Notes: a model not told the origin generated them from the letters alone. 62,904 nucleotides of DNA, filler included, from Octopus bimaculoides (GCF_001194135.2; 5 parts of 4 records of this genome joined end to end with filler, not necessarily neighbours in it), one strand, 5' to 3'. Positions 38,000 to 51,754 are shown, counted from the first letter of the whole stretch. Program-made: numbers and translations.

Positions 38000-38228
38000 G
38001 GCGAGCTGGCAGAAACGTTAGCATGCCGGGTGAAATGCTTAGCAGTATTTCGTCTGCCGTTACGCTCCGAGTTCAAATTCCGCCGAGGTCGACTTTGCTT
38101 TTCATCCTTTCGATAAATTGAGTACCAGTTACGCACTGGGGTCGATGTAATCGACTTAATCCCTTTGTCTGCCCTTGTTTGTCCTCTCTATGTTTAGCCC
38201 CTTGTGGGCAATGAAGAATTAAGAAACT
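38000..38228 (+). mobile_element. SINE family A
   Basis: ggcgagctggcagaaacgttagc...ttgtgggcaatgaagaa. Confidence 0.9.
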
Positions 38229-38363
38229 TCTTTCAAAATTCCTATTTCATATATCCCACATTAACTTGTGTAAGTTGAACTATATAAAATGTTAGACAAA
38301 GAAACGCAGCTGTTTCTTGCAATAAATACCAATATATACATCTAAAGCAAAATTAAAATGCTA

Positions 38364-38458
38364 TTGTAGATCCTCAACTTACTATTTTGTTACATAGACC
38401 CCCAAAAAATCTTATATGGACCCTTAGGGGCCACATGGACCCCAGTTGAGAACCACTA
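38364..38458. mobile_element. hAT/Charlie-like MITE remnant
   Basis: Right end gttgagaaccact; degenerate left end ...gatcctcaac. Confidence 0.45.
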
Positions 38459-38544
38459 TCTTAACGTATAACCATGAAGATGTATATAAATTCTGACTGA
38501 CTACACGCACACACACACACTTACGCGCATATATTTTTTTGTAT

Positions 38545-38875
38545 AGCTGTTGTGAATAAGAAGTTTGCTTCCCAGTCACATGGTTTGCGGTTCAGTTCTC
38601 CTGTGGCACTTTGGCAAATGTCTTCAAATATAACGCCGGGCCAGCTAAATCTTTATGAGTGGATTCGACAGACGGAAACTGAAAGAAGCCCATCATGTAT
38701 ACATTTATGCATGTGTATTTGTGTGTGTACAGATAGACAGACAGACAAACAGTTATACACACACACACACACANNNNNNNNNNNNNNNNNNNNNNNNNNN
38801 NNNNNNNNNNNNNNNNNNNNNNNNNNNNNNNNNNNNNNNNNNNNNNNNNNNNNNNNNNNNNNNNNNNNNNNNNNN

Positions 38876-38909
<34 letters not shown>

Positions 38910-39070
38910 CGTGAGAGTATCTTTCTGCGCCTGTCCCTCTACCACAGTTTGACAACAGGTTTCGGTTTGTTCATATTTCCGATAAAAGACCAATAAAATA
39001 AATGCCGGACTTTAAAAATAAGTACAGCAGCCGATTTATTCCACTAAAACCCTTAAGTTGCTCCAGCATG
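38545..39070 (+). mobile_element. Decayed SINE family B with internal microsatellite and gap
   Basis: gacggaaactgaaagaagccc...; 3' part tttgacaac...ctccagcatg. Confidence 0.75.
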
Positions 39071-39399
39071 ATCGTAGTTCATGTTTAGATATTGTCGCAT
39101 TGTATTAAAAATATTAAAAAAAGCAATATACTTCAGAACTAAACGAAACGTTGCCGCTCCTGATGAGTCTCTTCACCGTTTTTGCTGCTTGTCAATGCCA
39201 TGGAATCGTGTTACTTCCGAAATTAGGTCGAATGCACTAGTCTGATGTATAGGAAGATAGTGTATAAAGAACACAACGTTTTGCAATGACGCCGCTTAGG
39301 CTGAATAAAATTCAAATTATGCAATAGACACGTACGTATATGTATGTACATATACAAGGAGGGGGTAATACAGAGAGGAAGAAATAGTATAGAAATAAT

Positions 39400-39625
39400 C
39401 TTTTCTACTACTGACACAGGCCTGAAATTTTGAGGGAGTGAATTAATCGAATATATCGACCCTAGTACTCAACTGGTACTTATTTTATCGGTCTCTAAAG
39501 AATGGAAGGTGAAATAGACCCCCACCGCACCCCAACGGAATCGGAACTCAGAAAGTAAAGTAAAAAAAAATACCGTTAAGCATTTTGTCAGGCGTGTTAA
39601 GGATTCTGCCAATTGGCTGCCTTGG
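39400..39625 (-). mobile_element. Decayed SINE family A
   Basis: Reverse complement of ggcagc.aattggcagaatcc...aaaatgcttaacggta...gtacca.ttgagtact.gggtcgat. Confidence 0.75.
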
Positions 39626-39845
39626 CGAGTACAGAAAATAATACGGTAATAAGTTCCTGAAATGCATCGACTGAGATTCGAAACTGGGTTACAGATTTAA
39701 CAGACAAATTACTTCAACAGCTGCCAATGATATATATGGCCAATATCATTCAATACAAATATAATGGTTCATTATAACTAACCATGCTATTTAACCCTCT
39801 CTTGGCACGCTCTACAAATGGTTGGTTCTGAGCCAGTGTGCAGGA

Positions 39846-39877
<32 letters not shown>

Positions 39878-40380
39878 ACACACATACACGTGTGTGTGCG
39901 TTTATTTTTATTAACCATGTGATTACTCAATGATCGAACAATAGATTTTTTTGCATTATATGTATGTATGTGTGTATGCATGTATTTGCGTATATGTATA
40001 TATATACATGCGAATGAAGGTACATGTGTGTGTTGTGTGTATACACACACATACGCACATAAACGCTTTCATACACACATAGGCATACACGCACTCTCAC
40101 ACACACACACGCATATATATAATGTTCTTTAACTTTTTTTCGGTCATTGAACTATAGCCATACCGGGGCACTGCCTAGAAAGCTTCAGTTGATCAGCACA
40201 AACACAAAAACACGCACATATTGCACAGGTTTCCTCACAGTTTCCATTTACCATATTCGTTCACAAAAAATTGGTCCATCGGATGTTGAAGTCGGAAATA
40301 TTTGCCGAAGCTGTCATGCAGTGAGACTGAACGCAAAGCGAATTTAACGCTACACCTCACCCCCACCACACACACACATA

Positions 40381-40463
<83 letters not shown>

Positions 40464-40515
40464 TTTTATCCACCAACGCGGTGTTGAGCATTCGTTCTCA
40501 TTGTTCGACATTTAC

Positions 40516-40557
<42 letters not shown>

Positions 40558-40888
40558 ATGTATGTATGTATGTATGTATGTATGTATGTATGTGTGGAAG
40601 AAGAGTGTTTATAATTATGAACAAGACACAATTATAACTACCCATAAGAATTTTATTTTTACGTCATGGATTTTATATGTCATGTCGCCCGTAGACAGCA
40701 TTTATTGTGAGTAGATATAATATGAGTGATAACAGTGAATTTATAGTGGTTTTTGACTGTTATTTCTATTTTGAAACCTTCTTAGCTATAATTGTGACTT
40801 ATTCAGAATTATAAACACTCTTCTATGTATTTTATGATAACATGTTTGGCCATTGATATACTCATAAATAATTATTAATTGTTTATTA

Positions 40889-41059
40889 GGCGCAGGAGTG
40901 GCTGTGTGGTAAGTAGCTTGCTTACCAACCACATGGTTCCGGGTTCAGTCCCACTGCGTGGCACCTTGGGCAAGTGTCTTCTACTATAGCCTCGGGCCGA
41001 CCAAAGCCTTATGAGTGGATTTGGTAGACGGAAACTGAAAGAAGCCCGTCGTATATATG

Positions 41060-41090
<31 letters not shown>

Positions 41091-41315
41091 GTGTGTGTAT
41101 GTTTGTGTGTCTGTGTTTGTACCCCTAGCATTGCTTGACAACCGATGCTGGCGTGTTTATGTCCCCATCACCTAGCGGTTCGGCAAAAAGAGGCCGATAG
41201 AATAAGTACTAGGCTTACACAAGAATAATTCCCGGGGTCGATTTGCTCGACTAAAGGCGGTGCTCCAGCATGGCCGCAGTCAAATGACTGAAACAAGTAC
41301 AAGAGAAAAAGAGAG
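40889..41315 (+). mobile_element. SINE family B, full length
   Basis: tRNA-like head ggcgcaggagtggctgtgtggtaag...ggttcagtccc, internal TA/TG tract, 3' tail. Confidence 0.92.
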
Positions 41316-41832
41316 AGAAAAGAGATATATCCTCCGTAACGTATTATTACATCACTTTTAAATATATGTGTGTATGTATATATGCATCTATACATGTATG
41401 TATATATCACTGAGGTATAGCGATTCTAATAACCAGATGTTAGAACTCAATGTACGAATGCATGAGAGAAAAACGCTACTCGAGTACAGAGCATAATAAA
41501 AGATTATGTAAATCACAAGAGAACAAGATGTTATATATTGAACTTAATTAGCTTACAGCTGTTTCTGATATCAGATGTAACGAACTCAACTATGAATGCA
41601 TTGCCTCTTAAAGCAGAAACAGATGTGAGCTAATGAAAGTCATTGCATAATTTCTTGTTGTTTGTCATTTACATTATCTTGTGTATGTGTGTGTGTGTGT
41701 ATACACATACATACACACAGAATTTTATGTTTGCGTGTATGTATACACATGCATACGCACACACCATTTTGCTATTTCGCTTGTGTATATCTGAATGTGA
41801 ATGTACTATGTATGTGAAAAGAATGGCATATA

Positions 41833-41884
<52 letters not shown>

Positions 41885-42682
41885 TGATTACAGTTTAGCA
41901 TGTTCGTGCGCCTGAGTAAACAATAGTTTGAATGCTATATATATACATATATATATATATTTATATGTATATGTATATGTATATATATATGTGTATGTAT
42001 GTGCGTATATGTGACGGTTGACAGTTGTCTCGCAATGTGTATAATCATGTACGTTACTATGTTATTATATCTGTGTGTGTGTGCGTATGGGGCATATTTA
42101 AAACAACTTGTTTGAGACGATATTTCTTTGACTAGTTCTTGCCAAATCATTTCCATTCGACTTTCCCAAGGAATCTTTTCACTGGGAGGAAGATCTCTCA
42201 ACGACAGACAAAAGTTTCGTAATGAACTTCCGTGTTCTGAAAACTTCTTAGAATGATGACTTTTCGTTTCATCACAGCTGCACTGCCATTGGCGTTGATT
42301 TGCCAACGAGCCGGATGTGACGTTACGGAAATTGATTCGCTAATACTGAAAACAGTTATTTATTCAACACTGCTTTCTGGCTCTTAGCTATATTATATTT
42401 TGTGTCGATACATTCATTCTTGTTTCGTTCTAAAATCAATTCTAGCAACGTCTTAGGAAAACTGTTAATGCCGCACTCTCGGAAAAGTTGACAATCAAGT
42501 TGCGTGGAGTCGGTCTAATCAGTGATATGTTCCCCATAAATTTGTATCCCTGTGCCTTTGCAAGGGATCACGGGGCTACATTTTTGGAACAGATAACATT
42601 GGTAAACCTTAGCTTTTTCTCTTGAAGGTAAAAAATTTAATGCTTCTTTCAGGTTCGATAAAATAGAAACAGTCAGACGATA

Positions 42683-42918
42683 GGCGGTGAGCTGGCAGAA
42701 ACGTTAGCACACCGGACGAAATGCTTAGCGGTATTTCGTCAGTCTTTATGTTCTGAGTTCAAATTCCGCCGATGTCGACTTTGCCTTTCATCCTTTCGAG
42801 GTCGATAAAGTAAGTACCAGTTACGCACTGGGGTCGATGTAATCGACTTAATCCCTTTGTCTGTCCTTGTTTGTTCCCTCTATGTTTAGCCCCTTGTGGG
42901 CAATAAAGAAATAAGAAA
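42683..42918 (+). mobile_element. SINE family A with target-site duplication
   Basis: Flanked by agaaacagtcaga(c/a)gata on both sides (the right copy overlaps the tail). Confidence 0.92.
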
Positions 42919-44599
42919 CAGTCAGAAGATACAGAGATTGAAAGAATAACTAGACAGACACTCAAGATAGACAATTTCCTTTTCGGTCAGGACCTCAACA
43001 CTTTCAAATTTCTCTTGAGGAGGGAGAGAACCTTTTTGCTAACCTTTTTGCTATATCTGCTAGGCATATTTCTCTGATATTCAAATGAGGTTTGCTAATT
43101 TTTCACCCAATATCTCGCTTATTTCTATTTAAAATGTTATTTTGAAATGTTATTTTGATCATTCCAGCGTGTTTCTAAGGCTGTTTTATGCTAGAAATCA
43201 AAGTTTCATAAAAAAATTCCAGTTAATAGAATTATGGGAGGTAATGGGTTAAATATATTCTTTGAAAGGTGGATAAGAGAAGTAAAAACATGGTAGGTGT
43301 GAACGGGCCTATTTAGAGCACGCACCTGTAAAACGGAACACGAAATATGAAGGAGGATACTTGCCCTTGGTGGGTAAGGGCATTGAGGCTTTTCTGTGGT
43401 TTCTTTCATTGCTTATAAGCAGCGTACTCTTTTAATGGGGAATTTGTTAGTAATTTTATGGTTACTTGCTCTTTTTGATATCTTTTCTTTTACACAATCA
43501 TTGTAAAACCATAGTTACGTGCGTATATATTTGTTTTTTTATTGGTAATTGGTCGCTGATAAAGAATCCACTACCATTAGTAACCTTATCATTATCAATA
43601 ACATTATCATTGACGCAAAAATCTGAAAGAATCATTAGTATGCCGGGCAAAAGACTTGGCAGCATTTAATCTGTCTGTATACTCTGAGTTCAAATTCCGC
43701 AGTTTAATAACTGAGACAAGTAAATGATNNNNNNNNNNNNNNNNNNNNNNNNNNNNNNNNNNNNNNNNNNNNNNNNNNNNNNNNNNNNNNNNNNNNNNNN
43801 NNNNNNNNNNNNNNNNNNNNNNNNNNNNNNNNNNNNNNNNNNNNNNNNNNNNNNNNNNNNNNNNNNNNNNNNNNNNNNNNNNNNNNNNNNNNNNNNNNNN
43901 NNNNNNNNNNNNNNNNNNNNNNNNNNNNNNNNNNNNNNNNNNNNNNNNNNNNNNNNNNNNNNNNNNNNNNNNNNNNNNNNNNNNNNNNNNNNNNNNNNNN
44001 NNNNNNNNNNNNNNNNNNNNNNNNNNNNNNNNNNNNNNNNNNNNNNNNNNNNNNNNNNNNNNNNNNNNNNNNNNNNNNNNNNNNNNNNNNNNNNNNNNNN
44101 NNNNNNNNNNNNNNNNNNNNNNNNNNNNNNNNNNNNNNNNNNNNNNNNNNNNNNNNNNNNNNNNNNNNNNNNNNNNNNNNNNNNNNNNNNNNNNNNNNNN
44201 NNNNNNNNNNNNNNNNNNNNNNNNNNNNNNNNNNNNNNNNNNNNNNNNNNNNNNNNNNNNNNNNNNNNNNNNNNNNNNNNNNNNNNNNNNNNNNNNNNNN
44301 NNNNNNNNNNNNNNNNNNNNNNNNNNNNNNNNNNNNNNNNNNNNNNNNNNNNNNNNNNNNNNNNNNNNNNNNNNNNNNNNNNNNNNNNNNNNNNNNNNNN
44401 NNNNNNNNNNNNNNNNNNNNNNNNNNNNNNNNNNNNNNNNNNNNNNNNNNNNNNNNNNNNNNNNNNNNNNNNNNNNNNNNNNNGTGTGTGTGTTGTGTGC
44501 ACGTGTGTGTGTGGAAAAGTATATATATATATATATATATATATATTCATCTGTGTATACACACAGAGATACGTACATACATGCATACATATATGCATA

Positions 44600-45620
44600 T
44601 ACCTTCACAAAGTTTGCATACATGAGGCTAATAACATCATAAGACTCCGAAGGCGGCCCCCTGAGCAACATGTTTTGTCTGATAAACTGGAATACGTGCC
44701 CAAAGAGGTCGCGCAACTCTACCGCAACGTATCATCAAATGAAAGGATAAGCCTGTATGAGCAGAAAACTATGCATGGATATGTTAGTAGAAAGCTCTGA
44801 GATGACAGTAACATCGATCATCAAAGCAGTTTATCATGGGCCAATAGCTCGATTACTATCTCCCACTTTGAAGGGTAGGTGTTTACAATCGAGTAACAGG
44901 AAATATCAACCAAATACCTGATGCACAAAAGGGGACAGAGATGCAGGAAAAGCAGCAAAATATTACAACCAATGCAGACTTTGTGGAGTTAACACTGAAG
45001 ATATCACGCACATCATAAGCAATTGTCCGAAAATGCTATCACGGCATTATCTACCGGTGAGACATGATATTTAGTTAGGACACTATATAATGAAATCTGT
45101 CGGAAAGATAACTTCGACTACAAAGAAATAAGAACCCACAGTATGGTAGAAGCCATAGCCACGCAATAAAAAGGTGTACTGATGGAGACCTCAAAAAATG
45201 TAAGCACAACAGACCTGACATAATGATTTGGGATTGGGAGAAAAACTTGGCACAATTGTGGAAATTAGCTGCCCAGCGGATGTTAACATAAGGCTAAAGA
45301 TTAGTGAAGAAGAGAATACCTACGCTGAACTATTGTGAGATCTACAGTTACTCTATCCAGATTACAAGTTCAGGTTTATATCTGTAATTATTGGGGCACT
45401 GGGATATGTAACTCACTGCCTAAATACCAATCTTGAGAAATTAGGCTTCTCAAAACCAAAAGGGAGAAAGCTGATTCGAAGGCTAGAGATCCAATCCATC
45501 ACTGGAACTGTAAAACTCTCCAGAAGTTTATCATTTAAGTATATATGAGCGTGTCTAGATATGCAAGTATATGCATGAAAAGACATACACAAAACAAAAC
45601 AGACAAATCTGCATATAAAC
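44600..45620 (+). mobile_element. RLE-type non-LTR retrotransposon (R4/NeSL-like) 3' portion with UTR
   Basis: MHGYVSRK, CRLCGVNTEDI (zinc knuckle), RHD, RPDIMIWD, EISCP, IIGALG...KFII*; runs into (TA)n. Confidence 0.88.
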
Positions 45621-45628
45621 ATATATAC

Positions 45629-45665
<37 letters not shown>

Positions 45666-46748
45666 NNNNNNNNNNNNNNNNNNNNNNNNNNNNNNNNNNN
45701 NNNNNNNNNNNNNNNNNNNNNNNNNNNNNNNNNNNNNNNNNNNNNNNNNNNNNNNNNNNNNNNNNNNNNNNNNNNNNNNNNNNNNNNNNNNNNNNNNNNN
45801 NNNNNNNNNNNNNNNNNNNNNNNNNNNNNNNNNNNNNNNNNNNNNNNNNNNNNNNNNNNNNNNNNNNNNNNNNNNNNNNNNNNNNNNNNNNNNNNNNNNN
45901 NNNNNNNNNNNNNNNNNNNNNNNNNNNNNNNNNNNNNNNNNNNNNNNNNNNNNNNNNNNNNNNNNNNNNNNNNNNNNNNNNNNNNNNNNNNNNNNNNNNN
46001 NNNNNNNNNNNNNNNNNNNNNNNNNNNNNNNNNNNNNNNNNNNNNNNNNNNNNNNNNNNNNNNNNNNNNNNNNNNNNNNNNNNNNNNNNNNNNNNNNNNN
46101 NNNNNNNNNNNNNNNNNNNNNNNNNNNNNNNNNNNNNNNNNNNNNNNNNNNNNNNNNNNNNNNNNNNNNNNNNNNNNNNNNNNNNNNNNNNNNNNNNNNN
46201 NNNNNNNNNNNNTATATATATATATATATATCACACAAAGCATAAATATGTAGCAATTTTCTCACACCACATCTTCGCGTCCTTCTCACTCGTTATCACA
46301 CTAAAACTACACCTCCAACTCCACCTCCCATTCAACTCACTCCTACCACGTCAATCACGCTGTCAGAAACTTGAAAATGAAAGCATAAAAACCAAAGCCA
46401 CTCCATTTGTTGATCATTAAGACGACGCGGTTTCAATCTTGCTACCTTCCATTATTGTTTTATTTTGTGCTTTTCTTGGTTATTTCTATTATTTTTGTCA
46501 TCGTTTTCTCTAAAATTGCGTTATTTTTGTTTTTCTCTTGCATATTTATTTGATTTCGTATTACAGGAATCTTTTAATGTTTGGTATGTGTTCTGTGTGT
46601 GTGTTTACGTGTGCGCGCGCGCATGGTTATGCATAGATGTATACACACGTCGACACATATATGGAGTGGTGTATGAATTGTGTCCGTGATGATATATGCG
46701 CACAGTAAATATGCATATATATCAGGAACATATATGAGCATATGCATG

Positions 46749-46781
<33 letters not shown>

Positions 46782-47699
46782 NNNNNNNNNNNNNNNNNNN
46801 NNNNNNNNNNNNNNNNNNNNNNNNNTTAATTAATTAANNNNNNNNNNNNNNNNNNNNNNNNNNNNNNNNNNNNNNNNNNNNATATATATACAGAGAGAGA
46901 TAGAGAGTGAGAGAGAGAGAGAGAGTGAGAGAGAGAAAGTGAGAGAGGGAGAGAGGGAGAGAGAGAGAGTGAGAGAGAGAGACTGAGAGAGAGAGAGAGA
47001 GAGAGAGAGAGGTGCTGGGAAGATGTGTTGGATACCTTCATATTTTGCATAAAGTACACTATTGGAATATTGCTGAGAGTTGATTGGTGCAGCTTGAAAA
47101 CTTTTCGGCATTTATCATGACGTAGCAAAGATACAAGAGTAAACTTCTGCATTCCTGAGACCTGTACGCATGCTTCATCTGTAATTGGCTCCTTCCTTCC
47201 GGCGTCTTTGTAAGTCTTGCATACATTCATACATACATACACACACCCTCACAAACACATACACATATATGTACATATGCGTGTATGCAAGTGCATACCT
47301 ACATATATATATANNNNNNNNNNNNNNNNNNNNNNNNNNNNNNNNNNNNNNNNNNNNNNNNNNNNNNNNNNNNNNNNNNNNNNNNNNNNNNNNNNNNNNN
47401 NNNNNNNNNNNNNNNNNNNNNNNNNNNNNNNNNNNNNNNNNNNNNNNNNNNNNNNNNNNNNNNNNNNNNNNNNNNNNNNNNNNNNNNNNNNNNNNNNNNN
47501 NNNNNNNNNNNNNNNNNNNNNNNNNNNNNNNNNNNNNNNNNNNNNNNNNNNNNNNNNNNNNNNNNNNNNNNNNNNNNNNNNNNNNNNNNNNNNNNNNNNN
47601 NNNNNNNNNNNNNATATATATGGTCACTTATACACACATGTATAATATACTGATAAAAAACAGCTGTTTCTTTTAGTATATGTTTGTAGTTTCAATGAC

Positions 47700-48050
47700 T
47701 TGGAATATCATATTCGTTTAGTGGTCCCTGGGAAATATATTTTACATCCAGCTTTACGAGCCTTTCTAGGAACAGTTTCTAAATGTCTTTTTTGCGAAAC
47801 AAGTAATTTTGACGTTGGAACAAATAATGCCATAAAGTTTATGCATAATCTACACAAGAGCATAAAAGTATTTCTGTTTGATAATTCCTGGATAGAATAT
47901 AACTTAATGGAATATGATCCATGTGAAGCCAATATTTTCTTCGCTTCTAAATCTTGCTCGGTATTTGATAGGTTTTATACGTTGAGAGAACTGACTGATG
48001 TATTGTTCCCAATATTTGGCCTCCTTTATCTATTTAAATCTCATTATTGC
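47700..48050 (-). pseudogene. Possible Penelope-like N-terminal relic
   Basis: ELSNRNTFMLLCR...FVPTSK resembles the PLE LSKGLKFVPTP region. Confidence 0.35.
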
Positions 48051-48339
48051 TCCTATTATTTCAAAAGTAAATATTGATGCTATATACCAAGGTAGGTACT
48101 CAAAATTCTTTTATATTTCACTATTTCATAGCTTCAATTTTATTTATGAATTTTTTAATGATTATGAATTATTAAAAAAAAGCTGTTAAATAATTGATAG
48201 TTACTTCATAATTTATTATGATCTTTCTTATAAATATATAAAGCCTATTTCCCTAATTTTATCCTGTCAATTTCACATTTCACTAATTTTTAAGTTTGAA
48301 ATCATTGTAGTACCAAAAAAAAGAATACTAGACGTAACC

Positions 48340-50630
48340 CACCTGCGAAACCACGTTGGGAGCGCCTCAAAATAAAACAGAGAAATGAAAAATCACTACC
48401 CGGAGGATAGACATTACAACCTCCCTCCCATAAGGAGTTACCAACAAAATTTTCGTTCCAGCAATCCACTTAACAACCATGCACAACACACCCGTACTAC
48501 ACGTAATAATTACCAATGACGTCGCCCTAAAATACCACATCCAAACATGGGATATAGGAATACACTTTTCAATACCCTTCCAAGAACCCGCACCATAGAT
48601 CACAACGACAAGGCACTCCACAACAACAGGGAGCAACTACATAACAGCTACCGTCCCAATGACCTCAATCAGTTTTTAGACCCAATACGCAAACACAGAG
48701 ATACAAGATAGAACCAGACAGACAGGAGGAGCCAAAAGTGATATCAATCATCAATCTAATTCACAAAGAACTAACAGCAAACCAAATCATTATATTCTCC
48801 AAAGAGCTATAGTTTACTCCCACCCCCAACGCCTCAACTACAACGAAATGAGAAAAGACATTGCGGAATTCTGTAGAAAATTACGAGAAATACAACGAGG
48901 ACGAATCGTTAGTCCGAAATAGAATTAAATACATCCCTTCGAAAGCTAAGAACAAAATTGTTGACCATTTCTGTGAATCCATCATTTATTATCCATATCA
49001 ACGTATACACAAACAAAAACACAAACCAAACTTCAGCAAAAAAGAATGTGCTGAGTTGAACAAATTAAAAGATGATAAAAGAAAACAAACAAAGAGTCTG
49101 ATAAAAGGAGTGCAGTTGTCTTAATGGACACAGTATACTATATAACTCTAGTACTATCCATATTAGAAGACACAACATATTATGAAAAGCCCAACACTAC
49201 AGTTCGCGAAAAATAATGAGAAACCTAAAGGCTATGTGAAACCTATACAGAGAAGGTCTCACGGACAAGGAATACGATTATATGACTAACTTCAAAAGTA
49301 AATCCAATCAATTCTACGGTATTCCTAAGATATACCAAAGCGAGAAAATAGATAATGCATGCAGGATAGCCACAGGTCCCTACTCCTAATGATCTCAAAT
49401 TAAGACCTATATTAGCAGGCCCCGCATGCGAAACTCACCGCCCTAGTAACTTTTCAGTTACCCTCTTAAAACCATTCCTCAAACATATCAAAAGCTACAT
49501 ACGGGACGACCTAGATATGTTCAATCACCTCACGAAAACAATAAACAAAAACACCTTACTAGTATCCTTCGATGTAGTCAACCTCTATTCTAATATCCCC
49601 CACAGCCTCGGAATAGAAGCAATCCAATTCTGGCCAGAGAATTACTCCAATGAACTCCTACATCACATCAAAAGGAATACGTAATCGAAGGGCTAAAATT
49701 CACCTTGGAGAATAACTTCTTTCTCTTCAAAGACAACTTCCATCGACAAAAATCGGGCACTGCGATGTGTACGAGAATGGCCCCCTTCTTTTACTAACCT
49801 AGTCATGGGATGTCTAAAAATCAGTCTTTATCATAAGGTATTGGGAAAATACGGCATCCCATTCTCCCTCTACATAGAAAATAACTGGAAGAGGTATCTG
49901 AATGACTGTTTCATTCTTTTGCATAAACATTCAATTTACGATTCCTCGACATCCTCATTAAGAAATACAACAACAAATAGAAAAATATATATACTATATA
50001 CCCACGGACTCCAAGCAATATCTACCGTTCAACTCATGCCACCCCAAACACACTAGAATGAATATCTCCTTCAACCTAGCAAAACGTATTTGTACTATAG
50101 TTTATAACACAGGCACCAGGGATACACGACTACATGAACTGAAGTAGACACTCATTACCAGGAACTAACCACCACGACTGATTAAATTTGGCCTTCAACG
50201 TGCCCTACAACTCAACATCCACGAACTCAGCTATCCCAAACTAAAGAAGGATTTACGACCAAAACTCCTACCATACATCTCCACACACAACCTCCTTAAC
50301 AATGAAGTTTTCGGCACCATCCTCCGGAACATTCCCCTATTAAAAAGGGACCACAGAGTGAATTTAATCCTCCAAACGCACACCATCTTAAAGAGCAATA
50401 GGCAATCCAAATCTAGGAAAAGTCTCCTAAAACAACACTGAAGACGTAAATAAAAATATGCAGAAGACCTAACTGTGGTACATGTGTCAACCTAAATGAC
50501 GGATCGGAGTTCTCTTTCAAACAGGATCAACGTTTAACAGTGAAAAACAACTTTATATGTGCTTCGGAACACCTAATATATGTATTAACTTGATCAGGGT
50601 GTCGAGAGGGATACATAGCCCAAACCAAAA
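48340..50630 (+). mobile_element. Penelope-like element (RT + GIY-YIG), decayed
   Basis: RPILAGPACETH, LVSFDVVNLYSNIP, QKSGTAM, YLNDCF, C..PNCGTC, LIYVLT*SGCREGYIAQT. Confidence 0.9.
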
Positions 50631-50633
50631 ATA

Positions 50634-51235
50634 CCACCTTGAATACTGTCGTCCACTGTGGTCTCCCCGCACGAAACAAAGTAGCATGAATATTGAAGCC
50701 CCTCAAAAGTCAATTACAAAAAGTATAGATGGCATGACAGGCCTTGACTATTGGGGTCGACTATAAAAGCTCAAGTTTTATTCCATCCAACGCCACCGTG
50801 AGCGCTACATCATCTGCATGATGTGGAAAATATTCCATCAGCATTGCTCAAATGATGTTGGCATCACCTTTAAGATACACCCAACATTTGGACCCCGTGC
50901 TATCCGCCCACAACATAAATCATACCCGCATCACATAACATCAACACGGCACAATTATTTAACCTCAATTAGCCCCACTCTTTTTAGCATTACACCAAAA
51001 CACATTAAAGCAGAAACAGACCCCATAAAGTTCTAGAAGTCTTTGGACAAATTCCTTCAAAAAATCCCGGATAAACCTCCTACATCCGGATATGACTCCG
51101 CAAACAATAACTCTCTCCTCGAATGGGCCCTGTTGTCCGATTCCCGATTTGAATGACTTTGCCAGGTGGTGCTATTAGGACAGACCTGGCCTGGGCCAAT
51201 ACTGGCCGAAACTTATTAAAGTATCAAACTAAGTA
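50634..51235 (+). mobile_element. CR1/L2-like LINE 3' fragment
   Basis: LEYCRPLWSP...LDYWGRL*KLKFYSIQRHRERY; ends aagtatcaaactaagtat; homologous to 13990-14505. Confidence 0.85.
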
Positions 51236-51239
51236 TAAG

Positions 51240-51560
51240 CGATAAAATACTGGGTAGAAAAATACAGCGAACTCATAGATAAACATTTCAAAACAGACTT
51301 CATCACCAAAGCCACCCAATTAATACTTGAAGAGAACACATTCTCATTTAACAACAAGTCATACCGACAGATAAGGGCACGGCTATGGGTACTTATATTT
51401 TTATTCCATAACGAATTTGATCCTAAAAGTGAATCTAAAGCTGTTTTAAAACTTGTTATTTGAGTATCTAAAACAATGGCACCATTTGCCAATTTATATT
51501 GGTAAATGTCTACAGAAATGGTATATTTTATATTTATTTTTGATCCATGCCTATGACAAA
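51240..51560 (+). pseudogene. Second Penelope-like RT fragment
   Basis: LILEENTFSFNNKSYRQI.G.AMGT...APFANLY. Confidence 0.7.
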
Positions 51561-51754
51561 ATGAACTTACCAATATTTAGAAACCTCATTCATTGATTCA
51601 TCACAATATATCATTATTCTTAATCGTTATTCAACTTTGGAACAACAGAGTCTAAAAACAGCAAGAAACCCAGATAGTGGGACTTTTTGTGCCAACTAGA
51701 ATTGAACCCAGTTAATTTGGTTTTCATATTTGTCTCCTACCTTTTTTTTAACTA

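Noticed and set aside
40889-40965. tRNA-like sequences at SINE heads
   Set aside because: No complete cloverleaf; they continue directly into SINE bodies.
42253-42348. C/D-box snoRNA (ATGATGA...CTGA)
   Set aside because: No terminal stem and no recognisable rRNA or snRNA antisense element.
46990-47210. Open frame DAGRKEPITDEACVQ... and a gtaagt donor
   Set aside because: No consistent acceptor, frame and donor combination on either strand.
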